DNA of 64,000 nt from a virus. Shown here one piece after another: positions 55,206 through 64,000 of this stretch; position 1 is the stretch's first letter, and every line of letters starts with the position of its first letter. The notes below the pieces were generated by a model. It saw nothing but the letters and a program-made list of their open reading frames with translations, did not search any database and was not told the DNA's origin. The stretch lies in the UHGV virus genome UHGV-0311442. One strand, given 5' to 3'. Both the position numbers and the translations under genes were made by a program.

Positions 55206-55849
55206 TATCGTTTTCTCCGACGCCTTCTCCGCCTGGAGGTCTTAGTCGACTTTTGTTTAGGCGGTAGCAGGCTGTTTAAGTTTAACAGATTTACCCTGAC
55301 GAAAATATTTCCCACCGCCACAGCATCAATACTGTGCTCATCTAACGTTGTAATATCAAACAAAGCATGTTCGCGATAGAGCTTGGTCACGGCCCGAAAC
55401 ATATCGGTTTTATCCGTCCCCTTCGCTTCCACCCCAACGAATGATTTTACAATGATAGGATTGAAGCCGTGTAAAATTTTCTCCGGGTAAACGTCCCACA
55501 AAGTACGTCGCAACATTAATTGTAGTTCGACACCAGATTCATAAGCGGAGAGTTTTGCTCTCCGCATAAACGGTGTCTCTGTTGCAACGAAAGTTGGGCA
55601 GGCAATCCGAAGAAATTCACGGTAACAAGCTTCGAGCTTAACTAAACGATCGTCACGTTTACCGACACACTCTGCAAACGCATTTGGATGCGTTGGGTCT
55701 AATACATGCATGGTATCAGCCCAAACCACTTCGGCTTGATCGCTGCCGTATTCCCAATCCAATACTGCCATACCAAGATGGCTCGTACCGGGGTCTATTG
55801 CCGCGATTCTTACCATCTTATCTGGAAGTCTCGGCTCGGGTATCAACAT
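55205..55849 (-). CDS. RuvC-like Holliday-junction resolvase with poly-Arg C-terminal tail
   Basis: N-terminal RIAAIDPGTSHLGMAVL (RuvC-fold xIDPGxxxxGxAV motif); C-terminus KTSRRRRRRRKR. Confidence 0.65.
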   Translation of the reverse strand: MLIPEPRLPDKMVRIAAIDPGTSHLGMAVLDWEYGSDQAEVVWADTMHVLDPTHPNAFAECVGKRDDRLVKLEACYREFLRIACPTFVATETPFMRRAKLSAYESGVELQLMLRRTLWDVYPEKILHGFNPIIVKSFVGVEAKGTDKTDMFRAVTKLYREHALFDITTLDEHSIDAVAVGNIFVRVNLLNLNSLLPPKQKSTKTSRRRRRRRKR

Positions 55850-56736
55850 CAGTTAGCTGTCCCCAGGAAGAACGGTGCAGGCTGTCCGATACGAATGGTC
55901 AAAGACAATTTGTCATTCGTCTGTGCCAGGTTGGTAAACATCGAAATATAGTACAACGCCTGAACACCGATCGCCTCGTTATAGCTGAATTTAGACCCAG
56001 TTGCAGAATCCCCGGACGCGACCTGGTCTAACCCTGAGCAGAGCGCCAGTTCAGAGATAATTGAACTACGCGGGCTACCACGCATAATGCTCGTTACGTT
56101 CATATATTCCTGAACATCAAAGTCTGTCCACGGAATAACCAGGTCAGCACCTGACTCCACATAACGGCCATCTGGGATTGCAACGGTACCATCGTCGTCG
56201 TAATCGTAGTCCGGCAATACTTTCGGTACGGGGTTTAATTCCGTGTCTGTGTACACAAAGTCTTCGACGGTCTCAACACCGTTCTCACGCCTGATATCGT
56301 AATCGGTGGTTTTTACAGCGCGCATGTCGATGCGTTTTAAATAATACGCCCAGTATTCGCGTTTGTTAAACGTTTCCAAAGTACGAAAAGCGTAGTTCTT
56401 ACGTTGTTCGTCAGACAGATCATTGTCTTTTGTACGCAGGACAAACGGAACGCGGGAAAACATCCCGGAAGCAATAGGTTCTTTACCTACAGGCACAACG
56501 TCAGCCACCACATCAGAGGTGTCGACCATATGGCCACGGTTGCCAATTGCCATGTACTGCAAATGAGGACGCGCTTTACCGTCCGGCACTGGCGTTTGCA
56601 TGAGTTTATAAAACTCATTCAGTGTGGATTTTTGCGGGTATTGCACGTCAGCACCGGTAATTAATGCGGTAGCCAAACGCATCGCATTAAGCGTTACCGT
56701 CGAGAGTTTACCGTCGTAAACTTTGACATTAGACAT
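55849..56736 (-). CDS. Hypothetical protein, possibly virion structural
   Basis: ORF adjacent to a family A paralog. Confidence 0.55.
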   Translation of the reverse strand: MSNVKVYDGKLSTVTLNAMRLATALITGADVQYPQKSTLNEFYKLMQTPVPDGKARPHLQYMAIGNRGHMVDTSDVVADVVPVGKEPIASGMFSRVPFVLRTKDNDLSDEQRKNYAFRTLETFNKREYWAYYLKRIDMRAVKTTDYDIRRENGVETVEDFVYTDTELNPVPKVLPDYDYDDDGTVAIPDGRYVESGADLVIPWTDFDVQEYMNVTSIMRGSPRSSIISELALCSGLDQVASGDSATGSKFSYNEAIGVQALYYISMFTNLAQTNDKLSLTIRIGQPAPFFLGTAN

Positions 56737-57256
56737 TGATTAATTCTCCTGGGCGGAACCCATCCAACGCCAATTTCGTCACAAGAGACGCCAATTTGCG
56801 TGGGGTGGAATCAGTAAATACGACCGGAATCGTTCCTTTAAAAGACAAATGATTCGGGACGAGACGAACATCATAAGAATCCAGCTCCTCTGAAATCGGC
56901 TCAATCATAATGTCGTCGGCACGCAGGTCAATCCCTGTTTGCGCAACGATATAATCAGCCAACTCTTCGCTGGACGTTACTGCGCCTTTCGGTACACTCA
57001 CCGGTTCATCGGCCAGGAACGTTGCCAAATCAACGCGAGTTAAAATGAATTCCTGGTTTCCGACAACGCCGTTACGGAAGACGGCAGCAACCTTTGATTC
57101 TAGTCCGTAACGTTGACGTTCTGCTAAAGTTAGTGGTTGAACGCCGTTTGCGTTAAACTCGATGTTATCAGCAGTATAGGATAGACTAAATACGTAGTTA
57201 ATCCGGTCTACTAAAATTTGTTTAGGTGCTTTCGTTAAATCGACACGATATGCCAT
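56729..57256 (-). CDS. Paralog family A protein (175 aa)
   Basis: FILTRVDL and SSEELADYIVAQTGIDLRADDIM motifs. Confidence 0.6.
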   Translation of the reverse strand: MAYRVDLTKAPKQILVDRINYVFSLSYTADNIEFNANGVQPLTLAERQRYGLESKVAAVFRNGVVGNQEFILTRVDLATFLADEPVSVPKGAVTSSEELADYIVAQTGIDLRADDIMIEPISEELDSYDVRLVPNHLSFKGTIPVVFTDSTPRKLASLVTKLALDGFRPGELINV

Positions 57257-57263
57257 GATTCTC

Positions 57264-59447
57264 TCACTTAGGTAGCTGGTCTAACGTAAACCCTTCGAGA
57301 TCGTTAATTTTCACCTGTTCGTTTAACGCCCAGTCGTCAAGTGAAGACTTGACCTTAACAACCCCGGTGGTCGGTTCATTAATATCCACCACGACTTGCT
57401 GATTCACTCTCACACGGATACCCATGTAAATGTTCATCCGTAGTTTGATGTGTTGCGGCATGGACAACTCTTTAATCACCGGCGCAGCGGGAAGCACTTT
57501 GTCCGTCGTCATGTGTTGATGTCGCGTAACTGACTGTACGCCTAAGAGAGGTTCAATGATGGTAACTGTACCCTCCCCACTCATAGGGATATCCCCTAAG
57601 ATCGGACAAAGCGGGTCCATAACGTCGTAAGAATCTGACCCCATCCGCGCAGCAAAATGTACGGTATACGACGAAAGCTTGGTCATCAATCGAACCATCG
57701 CGCGCTGTATTTCAGATTGCGAAATGGTTGCACGCGTTTCAAGGTTTGTTGCGGTGTTCAATGCATCGACTGCAATATCTTGCCACGTCTCTGCAGAGAC
57801 CAACGTATAGTCTAACCCAAAGGTCTTAAAGAACTCGTCGTAGTTACGATACTTTAACTTTAAATCACAGCGATAATCGCGATAATGGTAATCGAACAGC
57901 ATTAAACCCGCAGCACGATCGGGAATCTTACGGCGGTTTTGGCTGTAACGCCAACGGCGTCGCTTCTGTAAGATAATTTCATTAATCGTATCGTAAAGTT
58001 CGTCGGCACTGAGAATGGTCCCGACTACCTCGGTGTGGGTGTCGGTGTAGTAGTTAATCAGCGCATCGAAACGGTGTTCCCAACTCGGGATAAGATGTTG
58101 TTCCATTTCATCGAAGGGCACCCAACGTTTAATCAACACATCAAAAACGTTAAATACGGGGATTTCTTCAAGGGCAACATCGGAGTAACCTTTATACGCC
58201 GCGTACAAAAACAGTGCCAACAGTTCTTTCGAACTTAACTTTAATGTATCGCCGTTCGTTGGGTTAAGAATCTCGTGGTAGATGTTGTATTTTCCCTTCG
58301 CTACCAAATGTACCCATTCATTAAAGAGGTTATGTGTGTATTCAAAACGCTCAATAGCTTCTGGGTCAACGGCGGTTACTTCTACGAGCTTCGTCGTTAA
58401 GTTAGGATATTGTGTCAGACTCAGTCGCGTGTCTAAGTCTTCTTGGTACTCTGGTTCGTACGCCGGGTTGTTATACGCTAACCCCACCTCTTTTTGGATT
58501 ATGTCCGTAGTGGTAACAATATCCAAATCGCGTCCAGAGTCTTTCTCTGTGTAGTTTAAAGATTGCTGATAACCGATAGGCAACGGTGTTAAGGTTGAAT
58601 CGTCATCATCTTTCGGTTCGTGAATCTGCTGCGCAACATTATACCCAACCGCAGGCATTCCCCAGCCTGTCAGTAGCGCATCGATTTGCCAATCGAAGAT
58701 CTCCTCTTTCCCTGAATTGCGTTCCCAGTATCGAATATTTCGATAAAGAATGAATTTTTGTTTCTGAGTCAGGTACGGCATAAACTCATGCAGTTCCTGG
58801 TGCGAAGCTAAAAATTCGGTAACGAAGAAAGAGTGTGTTTCTGTCGTATGCTGTAAAGAAGAACGAATATAACCAATTATGCCCGGTAGCTGCGGAAACA
58901 ACATGCAGTAGAAAGCTAACACAAACGCATCGTTGTGGACCTTCCAACCCTCAGCCATGTACCGGACGTGGGCTGCACGAATTCTCGCTTCCAGTCGGCT
59001 AATCAATGACGTCTCTTGTGATTCTACTAACGAACTGTCGTAGTACAAAATAGAACAATCGTCTACACGTAACGCGTAATTTAAATCGATTGGCGTAAAG
59101 ACGCCGCGAATATAAACCGCGTATTCGGGATAAGTTGCGATCAACGCCTCGATATACTCGACATTCGAACGAAAAACGTTAGAGGTCTTTTTATGACGGG
59201 ACAGGTTGGCTGTCGTTAATTCTATCTGCTCTTGCGTGTCGAGCGACGTGATGTAAATGGGTTTATCCATTTCGTGACGTTGTCCTGCTAAATGCAGGTA
59301 GTATCGCCACGTACTACGGTTATCGGAAACGAAACCGCCGTTCTCGGTTATTGCCAGATTCATCTGTTGTGCGATTGATTCTGATTTAATAATCAGCGAT
59401 TTCGCCAACGCGATGTTCTGATCACGAAATATGTTAAATCTCTGCAT
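57264..59447 (-). CDS. Hypothetical large protein (~727 aa), possibly virion structural
   Basis: ATG at 59447 (ORF-track TTG at 59459); 11 nt from the divergent plus-strand gene. Confidence 0.65.
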   Translation of the reverse strand: MQRFNIFRDQNIALAKSLIIKSESIAQQMNLAITENGGFVSDNRSTWRYYLHLAGQRHEMDKPIYITSLDTQEQIELTTANLSRHKKTSNVFRSNVEYIEALIATYPEYAVYIRGVFTPIDLNYALRVDDCSILYYDSSLVESQETSLISRLEARIRAAHVRYMAEGWKVHNDAFVLAFYCMLFPQLPGIIGYIRSSLQHTTETHSFFVTEFLASHQELHEFMPYLTQKQKFILYRNIRYWERNSGKEEIFDWQIDALLTGWGMPAVGYNVAQQIHEPKDDDDSTLTPLPIGYQQSLNYTEKDSGRDLDIVTTTDIIQKEVGLAYNNPAYEPEYQEDLDTRLSLTQYPNLTTKLVEVTAVDPEAIERFEYTHNLFNEWVHLVAKGKYNIYHEILNPTNGDTLKLSSKELLALFLYAAYKGYSDVALEEIPVFNVFDVLIKRWVPFDEMEQHLIPSWEHRFDALINYYTDTHTEVVGTILSADELYDTINEIILQKRRRWRYSQNRRKIPDRAAGLMLFDYHYRDYRCDLKLKYRNYDEFFKTFGLDYTLVSAETWQDIAVDALNTATNLETRATISQSEIQRAMVRLMTKLSSYTVHFAARMGSDSYDVMDPLCPILGDIPMSGEGTVTIIEPLLGVQSVTRHQHMTTDKVLPAAPVIKELSMPQHIKLRMNIYMGIRVRVNQQVVVDINEPTTGVVKVKSSLDDWALNEQVKINDLEGFTLDQLPK

Positions 59448-59458
59448 CGGAGACCCCA

Positions 59459-62176
59459 ATGGACGATATTAGTAAATTAACGGGCGACCCCGCCGTAGCT
59501 GCAATTCTTCGTAAAACTACGGGCCCAGCACCCCAGCAACAACGCGGTACGCGTAGCGAGGGTGGTTCTACGCCAACACGTCAGGAACTTGCAGGAATTG
59601 TAAGTTCGCGTATTCGTACTATCAAAAATGCGGAACGTATCTTTGATGCGTTACCTGAACTCGAAACGATTGTTACCATTGCAACTTCGAGCTTGCTGTC
59701 GACAAAAGACTTAATCAACACCACGTTGATTTACGACAACATCGCAGACATTCCAATTGACTTACGCAATGACCTACTGACACCAACGCGTGATTATCAT
59801 GATAACGTACGTCAATTACCTAAGAAATTATATCAGTGGATTTACGACGCGTTAAAAACAAAAGGCGCAAGTCCAGTGATGATAATCTCGGACAACGGAT
59901 TTGACCAGTTGTTCGGTTTAGACGCCAAAGTCGCTACCGAGTCCGTACGTCGTTCTCAAGCTGCCTTTTTCGAAGACCAGCTCGGTATTCTCGGCCCAAT
60001 CAACGGGCAAGAAGACGGGCAACGCGTAGGTGTGGAATCTATACTGAGTCGTGTTCGTGGCCCTGTTAAAGGACCACAGTCGCTGAAAATCAATTTCAGT
60101 AACCACGATAAGATGTTCTCAGATAAGTTCGAAATGGACATCTCGATCACCGACAACCCACGTATCACGTTACTACCCCATGCTTATCGTCGAATCGCTC
60201 ATGAGAACGCACGTACTGGTCTCTACGGCCAATTAGAGCAAGCCGCATATGAAAAGCCTGCCACACCGACAGGTGCTACGCCGTATGAAGTTAATCAACA
60301 GTTTAACGATCGTCAGCGTGACGCGGCTGAAAAAGGCTTCATTAACTTAGGCGATCTGAACGAAGCGTACAAAGGTACACCAAAAACTCAGACTTATGGT
60401 GATATTCCGATTATTTCGATGAATGAAAACAACCAAATCGAATATTTCGAATGTCTATTGCCTGCTGAGTCTACCGCACCGTTGGTTATCGGCGACGACG
60501 TTCGTAACCCTATTGGGTTTCTGACCATTATTGACGATATGGGTAACTTCATCAACTCACGTTCTTCACTTTACGGGGACGCGAACTTTATGAACTACCT
60601 TAATAACGATGGCATGACGGACAGTATTATCAACCGCTCTAATTTAGGTTTGGGTAATACCTCTCGTATAACGCCAGAGATCGCCAACCGTTTAAGTGCC
60701 CGTTGTAGCGAGATTGCTGAGAACGAATTTACCCGTGCGTTAAGCCAGGCATTGGGTGGAGCTGAAATCAGCATGAAAATTACCGAAACTTTCGGTCGTA
60801 TTCTGCTGGCACGTCACCTCGCAAAACGTCACACACAGGTTGTCTATATCCCGGCTAATAACTTGTGCTACTTTGCAACGGACTTTAACGAAGATGGTAT
60901 TGGGGTGTCTATCACCGAACGTTCCTTTATCATCTCTACGGTCAGGATGGCACTGTTGTTCGCAACGATGAACTCCTCAGTGTTGAACTCAGCACGTCAC
61001 ATGCAATACGACATTGAGTTATCGCCAGACGATATGAACGGTCAGAAAACGGTTGACCAAGTTAAATCAGATATTCTCAACTCCTATAACCGTCGTTTAC
61101 CGATGTGGGGTGATATCAATGACGCTTGGTCAATGGGGGCTAATGCCGGGATTGCATTTAACGTGACGGGTAACGAATACTACGCCAGTCATAAAGTGTC
61201 GGTTTCGGACACAACGCCTGAGTATAAAGTGCCCGATCAACAAATCGATGAAAACTTACTCCGTCGTACTTGTCACATCGCGTGTGTAGACCCGGATCTT
61301 GTTTTGACGCCGGAAAACCTGGAATTTGCTTCACAGATTTATTCCAAGTCACTGCTGGTGACTCAGCAAATCGTGAAAAAACAAGAAATTCTGTCTACGC
61401 CGTTAACACGCTACGTGACAAACAGTTTGCAAGCCTCTCCTAAGTTACAAGCAGAGCTGATTCGTGTTATCGTTGAATATATTCGCAATCAAAATCCTAA
61501 TGTAACAGGTGAAGACTTGACCAAACAAACGTCAGAGTATCTGGCGAAGTTCATCAATGGCATGAAGGTCACCTTACCACCACCAGACACATCAGCTTCT
61601 TCTTCACAAGCGGATCTGTTTGATAAACGCTATGAGTTCATTGAGAAACTGGCGGATCTGGTTGTTACCGACGATATTTCGAATATGCTTCAGAATGAAG
61701 GTATCGAAATGCAGCCTGATGATCTCAAGACGATGATTAAATCGTTCTATACGCGTAACTGGCTACGCAATCAGGGCATCGAAACCGATCTGTTTGATTT
61801 GATCTACGACGAAGATAAGCGTGGTGAAAACGTCAAGATGATTTCTGATGAAATCGCAGCAGCATCGAAGACGCTGATTCAGTTAGCTAAGCGAACAACA
61901 GGTAAAGTTGAAACCTTAGCAAAAGCGGCTGATTTGAATCCTGAGGACGCCAATAGCTTCGGCGGGGGTAGCGACTTCGGTGGCGGCTCTGAAGACGACG
62001 GTGGCTTAGGGGGCGATGAGGACTTAGGTGGCGACGATATGGGCGGTGATGAAGACTTGGACATGTCTGATGATGAAACGACGGAAACCGATACGACAAC
62101 GGAAGAAGACGTTTCTGCTGAAGACACAGACGAGACGGATACCGGTACAGACGACAACGCCGACGAAACTCTCTAA
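59459..62176 (+). CDS. Large protein (905 aa) with poly-acidic Gly/Asp/Glu/Thr C-terminal tail
   Basis: Long ORF; last ~90 aa are GGGSDFGGGSEDDGGLGGDEDLGGDDMGGDEDLDMSDDETTETDTTTEEDVSAEDTDETD; bidirectional terminator follows. Confidence 0.75.
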   Translation: MDDISKLTGDPAVAAILRKTTGPAPQQQRGTRSEGGSTPTRQELAGIVSSRIRTIKNAERIFDALPELETIVTIATSSLLSTKDLINTTLIYDNIADIPIDLRNDLLTPTRDYHDNVRQLPKKLYQWIYDALKTKGASPVMIISDNGFDQLFGLDAKVATESVRRSQAAFFEDQLGILGPINGQEDGQRVGVESILSRVRGPVKGPQSLKINFSNHDKMFSDKFEMDISITDNPRITLLPHAYRRIAHENARTGLYGQLEQAAYEKPATPTGATPYEVNQQFNDRQRDAAEKGFINLGDLNEAYKGTPKTQTYGDIPIISMNENNQIEYFECLLPAESTAPLVIGDDVRNPIGFLTIIDDMGNFINSRSSLYGDANFMNYLNNDGMTDSIINRSNLGLGNTSRITPEIANRLSARCSEIAENEFTRALSQALGGAEISMKITETFGRILLARHLAKRHTQVVYIPANNLCYFATDFNEDGIGVSITERSFIISTVRMALLFATMNSSVLNSARHMQYDIELSPDDMNGQKTVDQVKSDILNSYNRRLPMWGDINDAWSMGANAGIAFNVTGNEYYASHKVSVSDTTPEYKVPDQQIDENLLRRTCHIACVDPDLVLTPENLEFASQIYSKSLLVTQQIVKKQEILSTPLTRYVTNSLQASPKLQAELIRVIVEYIRNQNPNVTGEDLTKQTSEYLAKFINGMKVTLPPPDTSASSSQADLFDKRYEFIEKLADLVVTDDISNMLQNEGIEMQPDDLKTMIKSFYTRNWLRNQGIETDLFDLIYDEDKRGENVKMISDEIAAASKTLIQLAKRTTGKVETLAKAADLNPEDANSFGGGSDFGGGSEDDGGLGGDEDLGGDDMGGDEDLDMSDDETTETDTTTEEDVSAEDTDETDTGTDDNADETL

Positions 62177-62202
62177 ATAGCAAAAAAAATAATTCGAGCT
62201 TA

Positions 62203-62243
62203 CTCCGACCCTTCTGGGGTCGGAGTGGCTTTTCTTTTTTTTC
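62203..62243. terminator. Bidirectional rho-independent terminator
   Basis: Stem ctccgaccc / gggtcggag flanked by an A-run upstream and T-run downstream. Confidence 0.6.
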
Positions 62244-62541
62244 ACCACGCTATCTCGTCTTTCTTAATAGCAAGGTCTAGCATCACTCCTATTGCTAAGG
62301 GATCGTTATCGTACGCCGTCAGTTTCGCTAACAGTTCCGACTGACCTGATTTCTTGACGGCTTTCAGTAGCTCATTACGGGCATTATAGTAGATAAGCCA
62401 GTATCTACCGTGATTGATTTTGGTGTTTGAATGCTCTAATAAGTAGCGATTAAACTCCATGGTTGCTTTGGTTTCAGGTAACTCAAAACGAAAACGTGGG
62501 CTACGTTCGTAGTCTACATTAATAACGACATATTTAATCAT
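62242..62541 (-). CDS. Hypothetical protein
   Basis: ORF. Confidence 0.55.
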   Translation of the reverse strand: MIKYVVINVDYERSPRFRFELPETKATMEFNRYLLEHSNTKINHGRYWLIYYNARNELLKAVKKSGQSELLAKLTAYDNDPLAIGVMLDLAIKKDEIAW

Positions 62542-62628
62542 TTCCTCATTCCCTCACTATAGTGGGCGGCTATAATAAATTGGGGAATAAAAATAAAGGA
62601 GGAGAGCCGAAGCTCTCCTGTGGGGCGA

Positions 62629-62913
62629 TTAGACAATAGCGGCAATACGTTCTTCTAACAACAACTTCTCTGCGGCCATTACCTCCAGTTCCGCAGTGAT
62701 CAGTTTCACTTGGCGATCGTCAATGAAAATTGGGCGTTTTTCAATGAACTGTTCGCGTTCGTGCATCCGAACTTGGAGTTGGTATAATTCCAGATTAAGT
62801 TGTTGCTTTAAACGAGCGGCGGTATCAATCTCCTTTAACTCAATTTTTGTATTACTATAATCAACATAGGCTGCCATGTTACTGTCCTGTGGTGTCTGTA
62901 GATTAGGGGGCAC
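62629..62913 (-). CDS. Hypothetical coiled-coil protein
   Basis: ORF (GTG start with aagggg RBS); terminator hairpin 62598-62619 downstream. Confidence 0.55.
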   Translation of the reverse strand: MPPNLQTPQDSNMAAYVDYSNTKIELKEIDTAARLKQQLNLELYQLQVRMHEREQFIEKRPIFIDDRQVKLITAELEVMAAEKLLLEERIAAIV

Positions 62914-62921
62914 GAAGCCCC

Positions 62922-63968
62922 TTAGTAACGCACTGGTGCGGTAATTTCACCATTGCTAAGCAGTGTATACGATGCCGACGGGGTAGCCAGCTTCACAATA
63001 GCTTCAGGTGCGCGTTGGTTAATTGCTTCATAGATACCGACAATAGGTTCAAACGCATTACCGAAGGAGGAAATCTCTACGATATTGCGTCCTTTTGCAG
63101 ACGGGTAATCCGCAGGCAGCTGGATAGTGTAAGTTACGCGGCAAATTTCAATAGCACGATCGTTAGATTTCAGACGGAAGTGCAGCTTACGAACAGAACG
63201 TGCAACCAGCAAGCACAGTTCGCGGAAGAAATCCGCAGCCGTGGTTACGCCATTTTCACCGATAGTGCGCGGGAACAGCGTGTCACGGAAGTATTCGAGA
63301 TCGCTTAAGTTACAATCGAATTGTACAAATTTCGTACCTGGAATTCCTTTACCGTAGTTTGTCGCAACAGAAATCGCGTTATGAACCAAAACCGTGAGTG
63401 TTGCGTTAAACTGCTGACAAAACTCCACACAGCTTTGTTTCAGTGTATCCGGCTCCTCTGCCTGAGTATTGAAATATTGCAGTAGGCGCTCAGACATTTT
63501 ACGGATGCGGAACACCTCATCGATCGTACGCTTCAGCATTTCTTCCGGATCGTCAATATCGCGAATATCTTCGATACCATCGATTGCCTGGCGGGTGGCA
63601 GTATAAAATTCTTGAAGGTAAGTTTTGCTCGAATCCGTACTCACCATCGGGAACAATTTATACTCGCTTTCGGTTTTCACCATCACATCCGCTTCATCAT
63701 AAACGCAATAATCGACGTCTTCATTATCGATGATTTCGTCAACCTTTTCTGACCAATTGTGATGGCTAGAATACGGTGAATTTTTGATGCGTTCATTGAG
63801 TTCTTTCGGCGTAAGAATATTTTTCTTAATCTGTTCTCTAAGTTCGTGATCTAAATAGTCTTCCACAATTTCCACCCGGAAATGATCGATGATAGGTTTA
63901 TTGTAACGTTCGACAAGTTCTTCGATAGTTTTCTCGTCGAGCTCACGCGGCTTGTTAGCTTCCACCAT
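62922..63968 (-). CDS. Hypothetical protein, possibly virion structural; may extend past the window end
   Basis: ATG at 63968 lacks a clear RBS and the frame stays open to nt 64000. Confidence 0.6.
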   Translation of the reverse strand: MVEANKPRELDEKTIEELVERYNKPIIDHFRVEIVEDYLDHELREQIKKNILTPKELNERIKNSPYSSHHNWSEKVDEIIDNEDVDYCVYDEADVMVKTESEYKLFPMVSTDSSKTYLQEFYTATRQAIDGIEDIRDIDDPEEMLKRTIDEVFRIRKMSERLLQYFNTQAEEPDTLKQSCVEFCQQFNATLTVLVHNAISVATNYGKGIPGTKFVQFDCNLSDLEYFRDTLFPRTIGENGVTTAADFFRELCLLVARSVRKLHFRLKSNDRAIEICRVTYTIQLPADYPSAKGRNIVEISSFGNAFEPIVGIYEAINQRAPEAIVKLATPSASYTLLSNGEITAPVRY

Positions 63969-64000
63969 AGACTGCGAAACAGTCGGTTTAGGCTGTGCCT

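Noticed and set aside
61887-62183. Minus-strand Ser/Pro-rich ORFs overlapping the acidic tail region
   Set aside because: Antisense reading of the GA-rich low-complexity DNA encoding the acidic tail.
1-64000. Prophage boundaries, integrase and att sites
   Set aside because: No tyrosine or serine recombinase motifs, repressor/Cro switch or flanking bacterial housekeeping genes seen; the content fits a virulent phage genome segment rather than an island.
1-64000. tRNA genes and CRISPR arrays
   Set aside because: Intergenic regions are short and contain only terminator hairpins or promoter motifs; no cloverleaf-compatible 70-90-nt segment with a GTTCGAATC-type T-arm outside coding sequence, and no spaced direct repeats.

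Overview
Dense, almost gap-free coding window that looks like part of a large virulent tailed phage genome (myovirus-like); no integrase, att site, rRNA, tRNA or CRISPR array was seen. The plus-strand block (1-13.9 kb) holds a 5'-truncated structural gene, a 1727-aa fibre/structural protein and a coiled-coil fibre protein, followed after a terminator by the most unusual content of the window: three tandem paralogous Cys-rich repeat peptides (up to about 26 Cys) and two radical-SAM enzymes, the second with a SPASM-like C-terminal Cys cluster. This reads as a candidate RiPP-type (sacti/ranthipeptide-like) peptide-maturation system embedded in a phage late operon. The long minus-strand block (14-59.4 kb) contains lysis genes (GH108 muramidase, M15 peptidase), several tail-fibre/adhesin genes (SASA-esterase tailspike, Gly-rich adhesin, fibre with S74 intramolecular-chaperone domain, 1190-aa long fibre with T-even-type repeats), a 7-member paralog family, many small early-type ORFs preceded by a conserved promoter-like motif, and DNA-metabolism genes (Dam methylase, P-loop dNMP kinase, RuvC-like resolvase, three GNATs, an HslV-like hydrolase). 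All functional calls are from motif recognition by eye; no database search was run. ORF-track starts are maximal and a few were trimmed to RBS-supported starts.
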